Below are positions 1-10,123 of a stretch of DNA of 59,580 nt, piece after piece (the first letter of the stretch is position 1; every line of letters begins with the position of its first letter). The notes under the pieces are model-generated. The model was given only the letters and a program-made list of their open reading frames with translations, was not told where the DNA came from and did no database searches. The DNA comes from a virus (taxonomy: Duplodnaviria; Caudoviricetes): IMG/VR virus record IMGVR_UViG_3300037785_000020, positions 1 to 59,580 of that record; one strand, given 5' to 3'. The position numbers and the translations under genes are program-made.

Positions 1-235
1 AGCTCAGGCTAGACACTTGTTCGGTGCAGAAGACCAGAAGAAGGCTATGTAGATATGAACAACACTATCAAGAAATTAACTAAGCATGATTTTGAGGTAT
101 TGTACACTCCCCGCCCAACTAACGACCAGAAAAGATTGAAACTCTTAGAAAAACAAGTTGACATCTTATCTAGGAAACTGCTAGAATTAACACATCCAGA
201 GGATGAATAACATCCCCTAGTGCCGTACAAAACTA
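1..235. repeat. Terminal direct repeat / circular overlap, copy 1
   Basis: 1-235 matches 59346-59580 with 4 substitutions; implies a unit length of 59345 bp. Confidence 0.95.
55..210 (+). CDS. Hypothetical 51-aa protein (last gene of the plus arm)
   Basis: ATG at 55, MNNTIKKLTKHDFEVLYTPR...THPEDE, stop at 208-210; follows the 105-aa ORF across the circular junction; below the ORF-track cutoff. Confidence 0.65.
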   Translation: MNNTIKKLTKHDFEVLYTPRPTNDQKRLKLLEKQVDILSRKLLELTHPEDE

Positions 236-271
236 AACCCCTAGGGATACTCTCCTTAGGGGTTCTTTTTG
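236..271 (+). terminator. Rho-independent terminator between the convergent arms
   Basis: AACCCCTAGGGA / TCCTTAGGGGTT stem followed by CTTTTTG. Confidence 0.8.
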
Positions 272-333
272 CTTAGATATATTACAGTATATATTCTGAC
301 AAAGTTATATAGAATTACACATCGTATGCTGTA

Positions 334-561
334 TCACACTCTGTCTAGGCAAGCACGGATACTCTTCCTAGTAATAGCATAATCGTCAATTAGTCTTTTG
401 CTCTTAGCGGGGCTGTTATCATAGTCGATAGCAGCTTCGGACATAAAATCCTCAGAGTATTCAAATAATACCCCGCAGTTAGAAGTCTCCATCTTTGAGC
501 AGCTTGCCAGCATTAGTACGCTCAGCAGACAAAAGCCTAATCTGTTCGTTCTTGATGTCAT
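334..561 (-). CDS. o-spanin (Rz1-like lipoprotein)
   Basis: Signal peptide with lipobox LASC; overlaps the 3' end of the i-spanin; last gene of the lysis cassette. Confidence 0.7.
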   Translation of the reverse strand: MTSRTNRLGFCLLSVLMLASCSKMETSNCGVLFEYSEDFMSEAAIDYDNSPAKSKRLIDDYAITRKSIRACLDRV

Positions 562-688
562 TAGATGTCCTCAGTCGCTTTGTTATTTCTCTGTATTTAG
601 TGATCTCTTTCCTGCGAAGTTGCCATTGGAAATACCCAAAACCACCCCCTAGGAGGGCTACAAGCCCAAAGATAATATTATATGTCAT
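479..688 (-). CDS. i-spanin (Rz-like)
   Basis: N-terminal TM helix followed by a coiled-coil segment; overlaps the lipoprotein gene. Confidence 0.7.
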   Translation of the reverse strand: MTYNIIFGLVALLGGGFGYFQWQLRRKEITKYREITKRLRTSNDIKNEQIRLLSAERTNAGKLLKDGDF

Positions 689-1053
689 TAAGTCTTCTTC
701 TTAAACCCGTACGCAGTGTAGGTAAAGGCACTACCTGTACCGGATTTCACAGCTAAATTATGTAAATTAGTATTCATAGGTATCTCTACATCTAAGAAGT
801 CAAAGGAGTTGCCTGCCATATCAACTTCATAGGCAAGTGCTGTGGTCTGGTCATAGGTAGTACCGTCAGCATCGTGGTACACACTATAGTTAGCAGAACT
901 ACCCGAGGTGTTTGCTACCACCAGTTGGGTTACAATAAATATTTCACTAGCACTGGGGGACAGGAGAGACACAGCAGAAGTACCACTGGGCCTCGCCTGA
1001 GCCAGTTGTCTAAAGTCAAAGGTAGATAAATCTATATTAAGATTCGCTGGCAT
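688..1053 (-). CDS. Hypothetical beta-rich, possibly virion-associated protein inside the lysis cassette
   Basis: 121-aa S/T/A-rich ORF translationally coupled to both neighbours. Confidence 0.55.
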   Translation of the reverse strand: MPANLNIDLSTFDFRQLAQARPSGTSAVSLLSPSASEIFIVTQLVVANTSGSSANYSVYHDADGTTYDQTTALAYEVDMAGNSFDFLDVEIPMNTNLHNLAVKSGTGSAFTYTAYGFKKKT

Positions 1054-1228
1054 CGCCTTTTTCCTTCAGGAAGAAAGCAGCTAAGCCTGCAATACCAGCA
1101 CCTACATAAGCAAGGGCTTGGCCAGAGCCATCTAACATAGGTACTGCACCTACTAAGGCAGCAGTGATAGCAGCCCAGCTTGAAGGTTCTTTGAATCGTT
1201 GTAGTAGTCCAAGTAAGAGTTCTTTCAT
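1037..1228 (-). CDS. Holin (2 TM)
   Basis: RFKEPSSWAA motif plus two hydrophobic helices and a charged tail; GGAGGT RBS favours ATG at 1228 over 1243. Confidence 0.75.
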   Translation of the reverse strand: MKELLLGLLQRFKEPSSWAAITAALVGAVPMLDGSGQALAYVGAGIAGLAAFFLKEKGDASES

Positions 1229-1233
1229 TTGGA

Positions 1234-1785
1234 TTACCTCCATGGTTGGTTAGTTATTTCTAAAGTAAAATTGTCGGGCAAAGTATTGCGTAGCATTTTT
1301 AGTGCAACTTTGGAGTGTAGGATAGCAGGTTTATTACCTAGCTTGCCGTAGAATTGACCTACTAAGATACAACCCTCTGTGTTATCCTCAGTGTTACCTG
1401 CATGGATCAGAATAGCTGCTCTGTTAGGCACATCTTCTAAAATCCAGACATCCTTGTACTTCGCGCCGTTGTGTTTCCTCACCTTGTAGATACCTGTCGG
1501 TATGCAGGAGATGTTTCTTTGATTATTATTATCTGGGTCTTCTAAGGTTACACACAAAGGTAGACCTTCAGTGTCTAGGAGTACGCCAAAGGTACCATCC
1601 TCTGTGTAGGTAACTCGTACAACCTTATAGGTAGTCTTTGGCTTCACGGAGCTTGGCTTCCATTTGCTTAAGATAGGCTTGCTCGGTTTCTTCCCAGTTG
1701 TAGGGTCTTCCTGTTTTTTCGTCGTAGAAGTATTTTTTAGCAGGCTGTTCTGTAACTTTCTTAGCCACTGGAGTAAGTTTGTCAT
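1234..1785 (-). CDS. Endolysin, DUF5675 / L,D-transpeptidase-like
   Basis: CVTLED, SCIPTGIY, ILIHAGN and TEGCILVG motifs; adjacent to holin. Confidence 0.8.
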   Translation of the reverse strand: MTNLLQWLRKLQNSLLKNTSTTKKQEDPTTGKKPSKPILSKWKPSSVKPKTTYKVVRVTYTEDGTFGVLLDTEGLPLCVTLEDPDNNNQRNISCIPTGIYKVRKHNGAKYKDVWILEDVPNRAAILIHAGNTEDNTEGCILVGQFYGKLGNKPAILHSKVALKMLRNTLPDNFTLEITNQPWR

Positions 1786-4700
1786 CTTGTTCCTTTAATT
1801 TTCGCCATTGTTTGTAGCCTGTCATACCCATAGAGTATGTCATGTATAGTTCATGGATACGTGGAGCTTCACCAAAGTTTTTCTTGAAGTCACTGATAAG
1901 TTTCTTTAGGTAAACAGCACCGCCTAAGATGTTATCACGAAGGCTTTGAGTGCGATTACCCGGCTGTAAACCGTACTTATCCCCGGCAAAGGCTATCGCA
2001 TCTTTGTAGGCGGGGGAGAATATCTGCATAGGGTTTTTAGGGGCCAACTTACCCATAGAGCTTTCTGCGGCTAAGGTGGTTAATACTACCCAGTCAGGTA
2101 GGCCAACTTCTTTGGCAACCTCTTTACCTACCATAGCTACTTCTTTAGGTGCGTAGTTCTTTCCTGTTAAGGGGCGTCCTCCCTCTTCCCCTGCATAAGC
2201 GGGTGGGATAATGGTATCCCTAACTGCACCGGCCACATCACCAATAGTATCCATAATAGAGCTTTGTTCATCTTCTACCTCAGGTTGTACAGGTGTAGTT
2301 TCCTCGTCTTCAAATATAATATCATCTTGCGAGTACCCGCCCTGTTTAAGATTCTCTGTTTCCACAGCTTCTCGGATAGGCTCTTCAGATAGAATAGATG
2401 CGCCACCTAAGTAGATAGGTACAGAGAGGCTCTCGAAACTGTCGATCAAAGCACGTTGGTTCATTGCACTAGGATTCTGCGCCATTTGAAGGAACCGCAT
2501 AGCACTTTCTGGTGTGGCGAGAATGTTTTGGACAACCTCACTGGTTCTATTCCTCTGGAAGAGTCTAGTTAACACCCCGAAACGGGTGGCCTCCGCAGGG
2601 TCAAGAGCACGGGTTAAGATAGCACCTAGTTCAAGTGCAGCACTCTGTATAGGTGGTTCATCAGGTATTTTACCTCGCAGATTCGCCGCTTCAACGGAGC
2701 GTCTCATAAGCTTAATAGCATCTTCGATAGGCTTACGCTCGGCGGGAGTGTACAACATCTCGAAGATTTCCCGCTGAGGCTGGAGTTTCTTATTTGGATC
2801 TACCAGAGAACTTGTAATATCATCAAGCTGCTTTAAGACGTCTGCGGCCTCATCAACCTCAGATGTAGTGCTGCTCTTTGACAACGTGCTAATTTTGTTC
2901 CACAAACGATCCCTGTATAGGTTTTTAACATCTTGGGCAGCACCGTTTCTATACGCAAAACCTAAGACTGCTTTCATAGTCGCAGGGTTGTCTAGGATTG
3001 TGTCTGGGTTATCTAGCGCCTTCCTGATAGTGGATAAACCTTCGTCGCCTGCCTGTTGAGATAGTTTCCGCTTTGTTCGTGCTAATTCCGATTTCCGCCG
3101 AGCCAAAGCAGCTCTAGCCTCTTTTGACCTGAGAAAATCATCCATATCTTGCTTATACTGTGCAGAGGAGATACTCTTCTCTTTTTCTAATGTGTCTTGG
3201 ATTGTGTCTAAGCGACGGTTAACCCCAGCCAGATACGGGCTAGAGAGCACATCTTTGTTGTCTACTCTGTATTTTTGAAGGGTTTTTAAACTTAACCCCG
3301 CAGGGCTTTCAGCCTTTTTAGCTATATCTGCGAGGATAACTTCTTCCAAGTCAGGTACAACAGAAGGGTAGTTCCCAGCCACAGTATCTAAGTCTTTTCT
3401 CGACCTAAGTAACGTGCGTGCAAGTTTGTCGGACATGGCAGTCACATCAGTGGAGCCTTTGACGCCCTGTGCTGTGTTAATAGCTGCTTGCTGTGTGGTA
3501 CCAATTACATCATCAAATTCACGGGCTTTATCGCGAAACTCTTTGTACTGACGCATAACATCAGCACGTTCTTGTAACAACTCTGACCCACCCCGAGTGT
3601 CAATTATGCGATTTTGCACACTCTGTGGGTTGACGATAGCTGCCTGCCCTTTATCCAGAAGTGTATAATCTTTCACATCAGACGCACCGAAGAAATCGCG
3701 AACTTGGCGAACTAAGCCCTCGTTAGCACCCCACTGGGAGGTATCTTTCTTATTAAGAGACTCTGTTAATTGTGTTACTAAGTTGTTTATATCCGCGTAT
3801 TTAATAGTTGCGTTGGTAGGGTATTGGATTTCCCATGTCTCAGGGTTAAATTGTATTGTCTTCCCTAGGCGAGAGTTCGCAATAATATTAGCTGCGGCAT
3901 CCATGTCTGTAACAGCTCTTTTACCTAAGGTGCCCATCAACTCGTCTAGGTAACCAGATAGTTCTGTTTCAGCTATAGGTAATTGGTCAATCTTGGTTGT
4001 GAACGCGCCGTACCGCTGCTGTGCTTTATTACCTTCCTCGGAGACTCTTCGTAAGAAGTTCGTACCTAGTTGCTGCCTAGCGGCTTGGGGGGTAAATGGG
4101 GCATCTTCAATCGCAGTTAACCTAGCATCAGAGGGTGCCACTGGCTTTGTGGGTGTATCCTCCATCAACGCCGCCATCTTTTCATCAAGTTCTAGCAGCT
4201 CCTTTTCAGTACGCTTACCCTCTTTAAAGATACGATCTACCTCTTTTTCAAGGGACTTAGGAGAGTTCTTAGCGTTGTCTGCGAATATCTTTCGGTATTC
4301 ATCTGCGTTGTTGGGGCCACCTAAGAGTTCCGCTAAAGGTGTTGTTGTACTCTTATCAAACCTACGAAGAAAGGCAGTGAAATGGGGTGCCTCAATCAGC
4401 ACCTCAGGAGGTAATGCCACATTAGCACCATACTCTTTATTGATACGGGCAACCTCATTCACCCACTCATCCATATCAGCAATAGCTCTATGTATAGGCA
4501 TAGCTGGGAGGCCTTGCTGAAGGCGCTGCTGGTTGATGCGCTCAGTTATGAGGTAAAACTCTTCAGCCAAACCTTTTTCTAGGTACTCATTAGATGGCTT
4601 TAAAATATTCTTTACAGTCTTACCTACCGCTGGAACAATCTCAAATACACCCTTGAGGCCAGCACTAAACATAGCACCTAATTCTGCGGCTTCCTCCCTA

Positions 4701-5572
4701 GCCACTTGCCTGCTCTCAAATGTCTCTTCTCCTCGGGGGGTAGTAAGCCCTAAGACGTACCCTGCGCCAGCAATAGCGGGGGCACCTATTAACAGACGTT
4801 TAGCCAAAGATGGTCTGCTCGCACCTTGGATTATGCTTGTGTATGGCCCTGCGACATCACCTTTAGGCACCCGTGAGAATTGACCTTGCATCCACCTAGT
4901 AGCTTTTCGCATTAGTGGGGAGTCCGATGCTGTGCCGAACTTTTTAATATCGTTAAGTTTTTTATACGCCTTGGCAGCACCAGCTAGTGGTACAATATTT
5001 TCCCCGACTACCTGCGTGACCTCACCCATAAACAGGTTATCCACAAGTTCCTGACGCTTAGCCTCTGTTTCCTGAAACCATTTTTGTGTCTCGGGCAGGA
5101 ACTCTTTACCACCAATAGTCGCTATACCAGCTTGTACAGTACCCAAAACAGGGGCAGCAGCACTGCGGAGAGCTAACTCAGTATCAGCAGACACACCGAA
5201 GATTGGGTGGCCTATGTACCAACCCTCACCTTTGTCCATACGCTCTTTTTTAAACTTCTCAGCGTCAACTAAAGAACCACTTAGGTAATCCCCAAGCTGG
5301 GCACCCTGCTCTAATACAAAGTCTGCGATGTCTTCCTGTACACCGGCTAAGCCACCTAAGCTGTAATCCGTAGGCTCTGTGGTAGGTTCTGGGGCAGTTG
5401 CCTCAGTAGGCGTAACCTCTTCACCAGCAGGCACCCACTCAACCTCTACAGGTTCAGCAGGAGCCGACCTAAGGCGCTCCTTCAAGGTGCTTAAATCCAC
5501 CTTTGAGGTAGGCGCAGTAGCAGAAGTAGGGTTTAACCTGTTTTTAAGTGCTTGTAAATCAGTCATTAGCAA
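1625..5572 (-). CDS. Large internal virion (ejection) protein with C-terminal lytic transglycosylase domain
   Basis: 1315 aa, helical composition; C-terminal AESS..NPMQI..DNILGGAVYL..Y.MG SLT motifs. Confidence 0.8.
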   Translation of the reverse strand: MLMTDLQALKNRLNPTSATAPTSKVDLSTLKERLRSAPAEPVEVEWVPAGEEVTPTEATAPEPTTEPTDYSLGGLAGVQEDIADFVLEQGAQLGDYLSGSLVDAEKFKKERMDKGEGWYIGHPIFGVSADTELALRSAAAPVLGTVQAGIATIGGKEFLPETQKWFQETEAKRQELVDNLFMGEVTQVVGENIVPLAGAAKAYKKLNDIKKFGTASDSPLMRKATRWMQGQFSRVPKGDVAGPYTSIIQGASRPSLAKRLLIGAPAIAGAGYVLGLTTPRGEETFESRQVAREEAAELGAMFSAGLKGVFEIVPAVGKTVKNILKPSNEYLEKGLAEEFYLITERINQQRLQQGLPAMPIHRAIADMDEWVNEVARINKEYGANVALPPEVLIEAPHFTAFLRRFDKSTTTPLAELLGGPNNADEYRKIFADNAKNSPKSLEKEVDRIFKEGKRTEKELLELDEKMAALMEDTPTKPVAPSDARLTAIEDAPFTPQAARQQLGTNFLRRVSEEGNKAQQRYGAFTTKIDQLPIAETELSGYLDELMGTLGKRAVTDMDAAANIIANSRLGKTIQFNPETWEIQYPTNATIKYADINNLVTQLTESLNKKDTSQWGANEGLVRQVRDFFGASDVKDYTLLDKGQAAIVNPQSVQNRIIDTRGGSELLQERADVMRQYKEFRDKAREFDDVIGTTQQAAINTAQGVKGSTDVTAMSDKLARTLLRSRKDLDTVAGNYPSVVPDLEEVILADIAKKAESPAGLSLKTLQKYRVDNKDVLSSPYLAGVNRRLDTIQDTLEKEKSISSAQYKQDMDDFLRSKEARAALARRKSELARTKRKLSQQAGDEGLSTIRKALDNPDTILDNPATMKAVLGFAYRNGAAQDVKNLYRDRLWNKISTLSKSSTTSEVDEAADVLKQLDDITSSLVDPNKKLQPQREIFEMLYTPAERKPIEDAIKLMRRSVEAANLRGKIPDEPPIQSAALELGAILTRALDPAEATRFGVLTRLFQRNRTSEVVQNILATPESAMRFLQMAQNPSAMNQRALIDSFESLSVPIYLGGASILSEEPIREAVETENLKQGGYSQDDIIFEDEETTPVQPEVEDEQSSIMDTIGDVAGAVRDTIIPPAYAGEEGGRPLTGKNYAPKEVAMVGKEVAKEVGLPDWVVLTTLAAESSMGKLAPKNPMQIFSPAYKDAIAFAGDKYGLQPGNRTQSLRDNILGGAVYLKKLISDFKKNFGEAPRIHELYMTYSMGMTGYKQWRKLKEQDDKLTPVAKKVTEQPAKKYFYDEKTGRPYNWEETEQAYLKQMEAKLREAKDYL

Positions 5573-7043
5573 CTTTCATGATTTCTTTTTTATCTTCAAT
5601 AGATAGTTTTGTATGCCATGTCCTCTTTATCTCCTCAGGGGAAGCTTCTGGGTAGATTGCTTTTAAAGCTCTGTACTCAGCAAAACCGGGGATAAAGGGC
5701 ACACCATCTTTGTCTTTTATCGCAAATGCAGGCACTTCCTCACCTGTTTTGGCGTTGGTGTAGGTGGCGGATAGTGGGAAGGTGTTAGCATAATCTTTCC
5801 AAGCGGCGTCAAATGCAGGTAAATTCCCTTGGCTGAAGGTTTGTACAAATTTATCCTTCGCTTCATAGTATGCTTCAGCACGCTGGAGTGATGTATCCAT
5901 GAAGTTAACCCATTCAAGGTTACTCTTCATAGGCACGCCGATACCTATAGTGGTACCTTGTTGGAGTTTAATATCCCTATCAGACTGCGGGCCGGACAAT
6001 AACTGGTTTCCAAAGTCATCAAATTTAGATTGAAGTGTTGATTGATTAGTTTGGCGGGCAAAGTTGGAATACTCTGCTGGTAACATAGTAGCCCGTAGAA
6101 AATCCCCTATCGTCTGGTTAGATTGAACCCAACCACTCAAGCCACCTGTTTCAATCTTGCCTAAAATTCTACGGATTTCTGAGACACTTTGCCTTTTGTT
6201 ACCAATAGTGGCGAGGGTTTCTTTCGATCCAGTTATACTAGCAGGGTCAGTCTTACTCTTTAGGAATGTCTCCTCATTACCTGCGTTAGCTAGGGCGTCT
6301 TCAGACAAGCCATACACAGAGTTAATAGGGTCTTGAACAGCTTGGTTAAACCCTTCTATCTGGTCAGGGAAGAACCGGCCTTGAATAGACCGCTCAAAGC
6401 TACGGGTTTTCTTAGCTTGAGTACGTTCAGCTTCAGCGGTTTCAATGTCCTGTATGGCCTTAAACAGATCACTCTCTCTACGAGTGTCATTGGAGTCTTT
6501 TAAACTAGAGGGTATTCTTTGAAGCTCCTCATACTCTTGACGTAGTTTTTGAAGACGGGGGTTAACTGCAACTTCAGGAGTTTCCTGAGGCATGGGTGTC
6601 GGCTGGTCTAAATCCACTACAGGCATAGTGCTGGCAGACAGAGGCTCAGTAGACTCAACAGGAGACATTGCCTGAAGTTCTTTCATGTATTGGTCTTGGG
6701 GCTGCGCCATTCTGTCTAGTTCAGAAGTAAGTCCTTCGCGTGTTGTTTCACCTGAAGCCCACTCAGATAAAGGCACCGGAACACCTCCAGCGCGGTATGT
6801 CGATCTACGATAATCATCATAGGCAGCTTGTTTTTGTTCCAGCTCAAACTCCCGTTCCATCTCCGCTAGCTTATTTTTCTGCTTAATCTCGTACTCTTGC
6901 TCAAGTAATTCAGCTTTGTGTTTTTTATTGATTTTAGCAGTGGCCGCAGCCTTTTTTATAGCACTTTCCTGCTCTAACTCAGCTCTACCAATTTCAGCAG
7001 AAGCACCTAAGAATCCCCTAGCAAAACTTTCAAAAAATGCCAT
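5559..7043 (-). CDS. Internal virion protein
   Basis: MAFFESFARGF N-terminus and coiled coil; position before the large ejection protein. Confidence 0.6.
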   Translation of the reverse strand: MAFFESFARGFLGASAEIGRAELEQESAIKKAAATAKINKKHKAELLEQEYEIKQKNKLAEMEREFELEQKQAAYDDYRRSTYRAGGVPVPLSEWASGETTREGLTSELDRMAQPQDQYMKELQAMSPVESTEPLSASTMPVVDLDQPTPMPQETPEVAVNPRLQKLRQEYEELQRIPSSLKDSNDTRRESDLFKAIQDIETAEAERTQAKKTRSFERSIQGRFFPDQIEGFNQAVQDPINSVYGLSEDALANAGNEETFLKSKTDPASITGSKETLATIGNKRQSVSEIRRILGKIETGGLSGWVQSNQTIGDFLRATMLPAEYSNFARQTNQSTLQSKFDDFGNQLLSGPQSDRDIKLQQGTTIGIGVPMKSNLEWVNFMDTSLQRAEAYYEAKDKFVQTFSQGNLPAFDAAWKDYANTFPLSATYTNAKTGEEVPAFAIKDKDGVPFIPGFAEYRALKAIYPEASPEEIKRTWHTKLSIEDKKEIMKVAND

Positions 7044-7546
7044 TACTCAAACCCTTCTATCTTCATAATTGGTTCCTCAGGTGTGCTACTAATATCACTC
7101 AGACCGGAGAATATGCCCGCAGCAAACTTCTCCTCAGGGGTGTCAATAGCTGCACCCTCCTCTTCTAAGGTAGGTAGCAGAGTTTCCATAAATTCTTCAT
7201 ACTCTTCGTCTGGGTTCTTAGCTTTGACGTTATCTACACCACCAACACGGGCGATAGCCAATACTAGGTAATAGACATCTCTAGCGGTCAATAGCATTAG
7301 ATCAGGTGTGTATAAACCCTCAATAACCCCAGTGTACAGAAAGGTTCTTGCTAAACTCTCAGCAGTAGCACCCTTCCTAAGTAGTACGATAATACGTTTA
7401 AATGTCTTCTCAGCGGTTAATGCAGAGAAAAAGAAATCTTGGAGGTCTTCCCGTTTAACAAAGCGTGGTGGTTGCTCCATAGGAGAGGATTTCGGCGGGC
7501 GAGTAAGACTTTGCCCCGGAATAGGTGCATCAAGTAAGTTGGGCAT
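7043..7546 (-). CDS. Conserved phage structural-region protein
   Basis: DAPIPGQSLT..P.E.PP N-terminal motif that I recall from HMO-2011-type phages. Confidence 0.6.
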   Translation of the reverse strand: MPNLLDAPIPGQSLTRPPKSSPMEQPPRFVKREDLQDFFFSALTAEKTFKRIIVLLRKGATAESLARTFLYTGVIEGLYTPDLMLLTARDVYYLVLAIARVGGVDNVKAKNPDEEYEEFMETLLPTLEEEGAAIDTPEEKFAAGIFSGLSDISSTPEEPIMKIEGFE

Positions 7547-7549
7547 AGT

Positions 7550-7912
7550 TTATCCTGTAATTTGTCGTTGTACCGAGTTGAATGATGGGACATCCCCGGC
7601 TGCTGGGCGTACTGCGGTACCTTCAGCTTGAGATATATACGCAGCAATCATAGACTTCCACCTAGCTTCTAGCTGCTCGGGGGACATAGCTACGGCAGGT
7701 TTACTGGTAGACGGTTTGTACGCATCTCGGATACTGGAGGAGCTACCTATGTTAGCGGCAGTGGTTTTGGCTTTAGCCACACGTGCTTGATCTTCTTCCA
7801 CAAAGGCTGCACCCTTATCTATGAAAGAGGCAACGTCAGATAAGTCTATATCACCTACCCAATCAGTTAAGGACTCAGACACACCATCAAATACTTTAGC
7901 AAATATATCCAT
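7550..7912 (-). CDS. Hypothetical protein (internal virion cluster)
   Basis: 120-aa ORF tightly packed in the operon. Confidence 0.6.
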   Translation of the reverse strand: MDIFAKVFDGVSESLTDWVGDIDLSDVASFIDKGAAFVEEDQARVAKAKTTAANIGSSSSIRDAYKPSTSKPAVAMSPEQLEARWKSMIAAYISQAEGTAVRPAAGDVPSFNSVQRQITG

Positions 7913-7914
7913 AA

Positions 7915-9372
7915 TTATTCCTCTGTAGTTTCTGCGGCAGTGCTACCAATTACAGCGGGGGCAGCTCGTAAGGCATACTTAGCAGCAGCACCTAGATATT
8001 GTGTTATATCTGCCTCGTTAACAGACTCCGCAAACTTCTGCTGGTTGGCTAAGTACGCATATTGGAAGTCACGATCTTTTTGATTCTCTACTGCTGTGTT
8101 CAGCCATGCTTCATCATCACGTAGTTGCTGCCAGATATTGTTAAGCGCGTTAGCAGATAAATTAAACGCATTTTGAGCATTGGCTTGGTTGGCGGCATTG
8201 AAACCGGCAGTGTTAGCTGTGTTAATACCTCTGCGCCAGAGAACATTAGATTGTTCAATAGCAAAAGCATTGGTAGCATTAAATTGCTGGCGTTGTAACT
8301 CTACCTGACCATTAAATGCTTTGATCTGCTCTTTAATCTGTGTATTAAACTGGTTAACACCTACGTTAAGGTTCGCTTCCAGTTCTTTGAATCTGTTGTC
8401 AGATGCAGCATTTACCTGAGATATAGCACTCATTCGGGCGGCGTTCTGCTCTTTGATTTGTGATACCAACGAAGCCATGAACTGCTGTGTCTGATTCTCA
8501 CTCTGAGCGTTAAACTGGGCAGCGGCATTTTGAGCAGCAGCGTCAGTTAGCAGAGCTTGTTGGCGTAGCTGAGTGTTTTGTAGTTCTGTTTGTTGCCTAT
8601 TCTCTAGGTTCCTAATATCCATCTGGAAATAGGTAGTAGCATCTTGGGAGGCAATAGGTAATGCAGATTGTTGAATAGCTGCGGCGATAGCCTGACTACC
8701 AATGCTGGAATTAGCTAACCCCCTCGCTGCCATAACGTCATTGGCGTTGGTAACAGCACCCCGAGCCCAAGCAGGTACTTCCCCCGGTTGAGCTTCAGCG
8801 TATAAATCTTCTAGTTGACCTTTAACTGTGGCTTCCCTAGACACTTCACCTTGCTGTGCTACAGCCTGAGGAGTTTCCTCTGTTATAGTCATAGCTTCGT
8901 ATTGACCAGTCTCAGGGTTAAAGATGTTTAATACACCTTGTTCATCTACTGTGTAGGCTTGTGCCTGAGCAGCGGGACCCATCTGTACTTGCTCTACTTG
9001 CTCTGGGGCAGCTAGTTGTACACCCTGTATTTGGGTGCCTTGGCCAGTCATTAACTGGTCTGGAGTGATCTCCTGAGGAGTATAACCTTGAATTGCCTGA
9101 GAGGGTATGCTAGGATTCTGTACCTGCTCAGACATTACCTGAGTAACAGGTTTAGGTGCCTGCGAAGTTTGGTACGCCTGTCTGATGTTCTTAAGGGCAG
9201 TAGGATCGGTGACAGCCCCAGCGTTAGCTACAGCCATATCTAAGGCGGCTTTTTGGCCTGTTTGCTGGGCGCGCTGAGTTAACAACCCACCCGTAGCCTT
9301 TTCACCGGGCTTCAATAAGCCTTGCTTAATACCCCACTCTGTAGCGGTATCTACATTCCATGTGTTTGCCAT
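7915..9372 (-). CDS. Gln/Ala/Asn-rich internal virion protein
   Basis: 485 aa; VPAWARGA..AARGL..SS motif, QFNA repeats; GGAG-like context and own promoter upstream. Confidence 0.65.
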   Translation of the reverse strand: MANTWNVDTATEWGIKQGLLKPGEKATGGLLTQRAQQTGQKAALDMAVANAGAVTDPTALKNIRQAYQTSQAPKPVTQVMSEQVQNPSIPSQAIQGYTPQEITPDQLMTGQGTQIQGVQLAAPEQVEQVQMGPAAQAQAYTVDEQGVLNIFNPETGQYEAMTITEETPQAVAQQGEVSREATVKGQLEDLYAEAQPGEVPAWARGAVTNANDVMAARGLANSSIGSQAIAAAIQQSALPIASQDATTYFQMDIRNLENRQQTELQNTQLRQQALLTDAAAQNAAAQFNAQSENQTQQFMASLVSQIKEQNAARMSAISQVNAASDNRFKELEANLNVGVNQFNTQIKEQIKAFNGQVELQRQQFNATNAFAIEQSNVLWRRGINTANTAGFNAANQANAQNAFNLSANALNNIWQQLRDDEAWLNTAVENQKDRDFQYAYLANQQKFAESVNEADITQYLGAAAKYALRAAPAVIGSTAAETTEE

Positions 9373-9431
9373 TTTGGAGAATTTCCTATACTCTGGTAGT
9401 ACAGTCTAAATAGTAGAATTACTATAAAGGT

Positions 9432-9460
9432 ATTATACCATAGTTTATGTTATTTGTCAA
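9432..9460 (-). promoter_or_regulatory. sigma70 promoter, perfect consensus
   Basis: TTGACA-N17-TATAAT with extended -10 TG on the minus strand. Confidence 0.85.
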
Positions 9461-9573
9461 GTAAAATACGCTAGTAAATTAAATTACTATTTCAGTAAGT
9501 TTTCTAGGTGGGAGGTCCATATAACTAAACTCTTGACCCGTGGCTATGTTAGCTATGAGAATTATGGTTGCGG

Positions 9574-10119
9574 CTATAGCGGTAAAGAAAAGGTAGTCTG
9601 GCCCTTGGTTACTAGTTTTGCAACCTCGTAAATCACCCAAGCTACAATCGGCACAAGAACTGTGAGCACTTTCCAAGCATCCTTCATCCAAGTTAACCAA
9701 GACCAAGCCTTTGGGGATGCGGTAGGCACCGATAATTTCTGTACTTTTGGTGCGTCTACTATCCGACTGACAAAGAAGTCGAAGTCCCCGTTTTCCGTGA
9801 AAATCCCTACGACCATTAGCAATACCCTCACTTCGCGGCCATCCCTGAATAGGTAGGACTTTTCCATTAGATACCCCGGCGACAACCCCTTCATGACTAG
9901 TTGGGCATTGTGTAGATCCAGTTCCCTGTCCTTCTTGGCTGTCACATCTGTGAACTTGCTCTCCAGAACTTCCGCAGGTGTTATCCCCAGAATCTCGCAG
10001 AACTGTTCGTTGACCGCTGTTATCTCCAGCTTTTCGTTTACTATTGCTTTCCCGACAAAGTCCGGGTTCCAGCTTGCTAACCATGCTGCTGCCCTTTGCC
10101 TGTTTGTGAGTCCATCCAC
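9574..10119 (-). CDS. PAS-domain protein with C-terminal membrane anchor
   Basis: VGKAIV..ITAVNEQFCEILG.T..E....F.DVT...DR...EKSY..RDG..V.V......E.G....FVS.IVD fits the PAS/PAC pattern; hydrophobic VLTVLVPIVAWVIY tail; GTG start with AGGA. Confidence 0.8.
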   Translation of the reverse strand: MDGLTNRQRAAAWLASWNPDFVGKAIVNEKLEITAVNEQFCEILGITPAEVLESKFTDVTAKKDRELDLHNAQLVMKGLSPGYLMEKSYLFRDGREVRVLLMVVGIFTENGDFDFFVSRIVDAPKVQKLSVPTASPKAWSWLTWMKDAWKVLTVLVPIVAWVIYEVAKLVTKGQTTFSLPL

Positions 10120-10123
10120 ATCA

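Noticed and set aside
45-230. 61-aa minus-strand ORF (and its copy at 59390-59575)
   Set aside because: Antisense to the better supported plus ORF 55-210
1228-1243. Lambda-style dual-start holin/antiholin
   Set aside because: The upstream ATG has no RBS and overlaps the Shine-Dalgarno of the 1228 start; the extension has no basic residue
9479-10084. 201-aa alternative-frame ORF over the PAS gene with a hydrophobic tail
   Set aside because: Mostly non-protein-like and no RBS; a frameshift adding a second TM helix is conceivable but there is no canonical slippery heptamer
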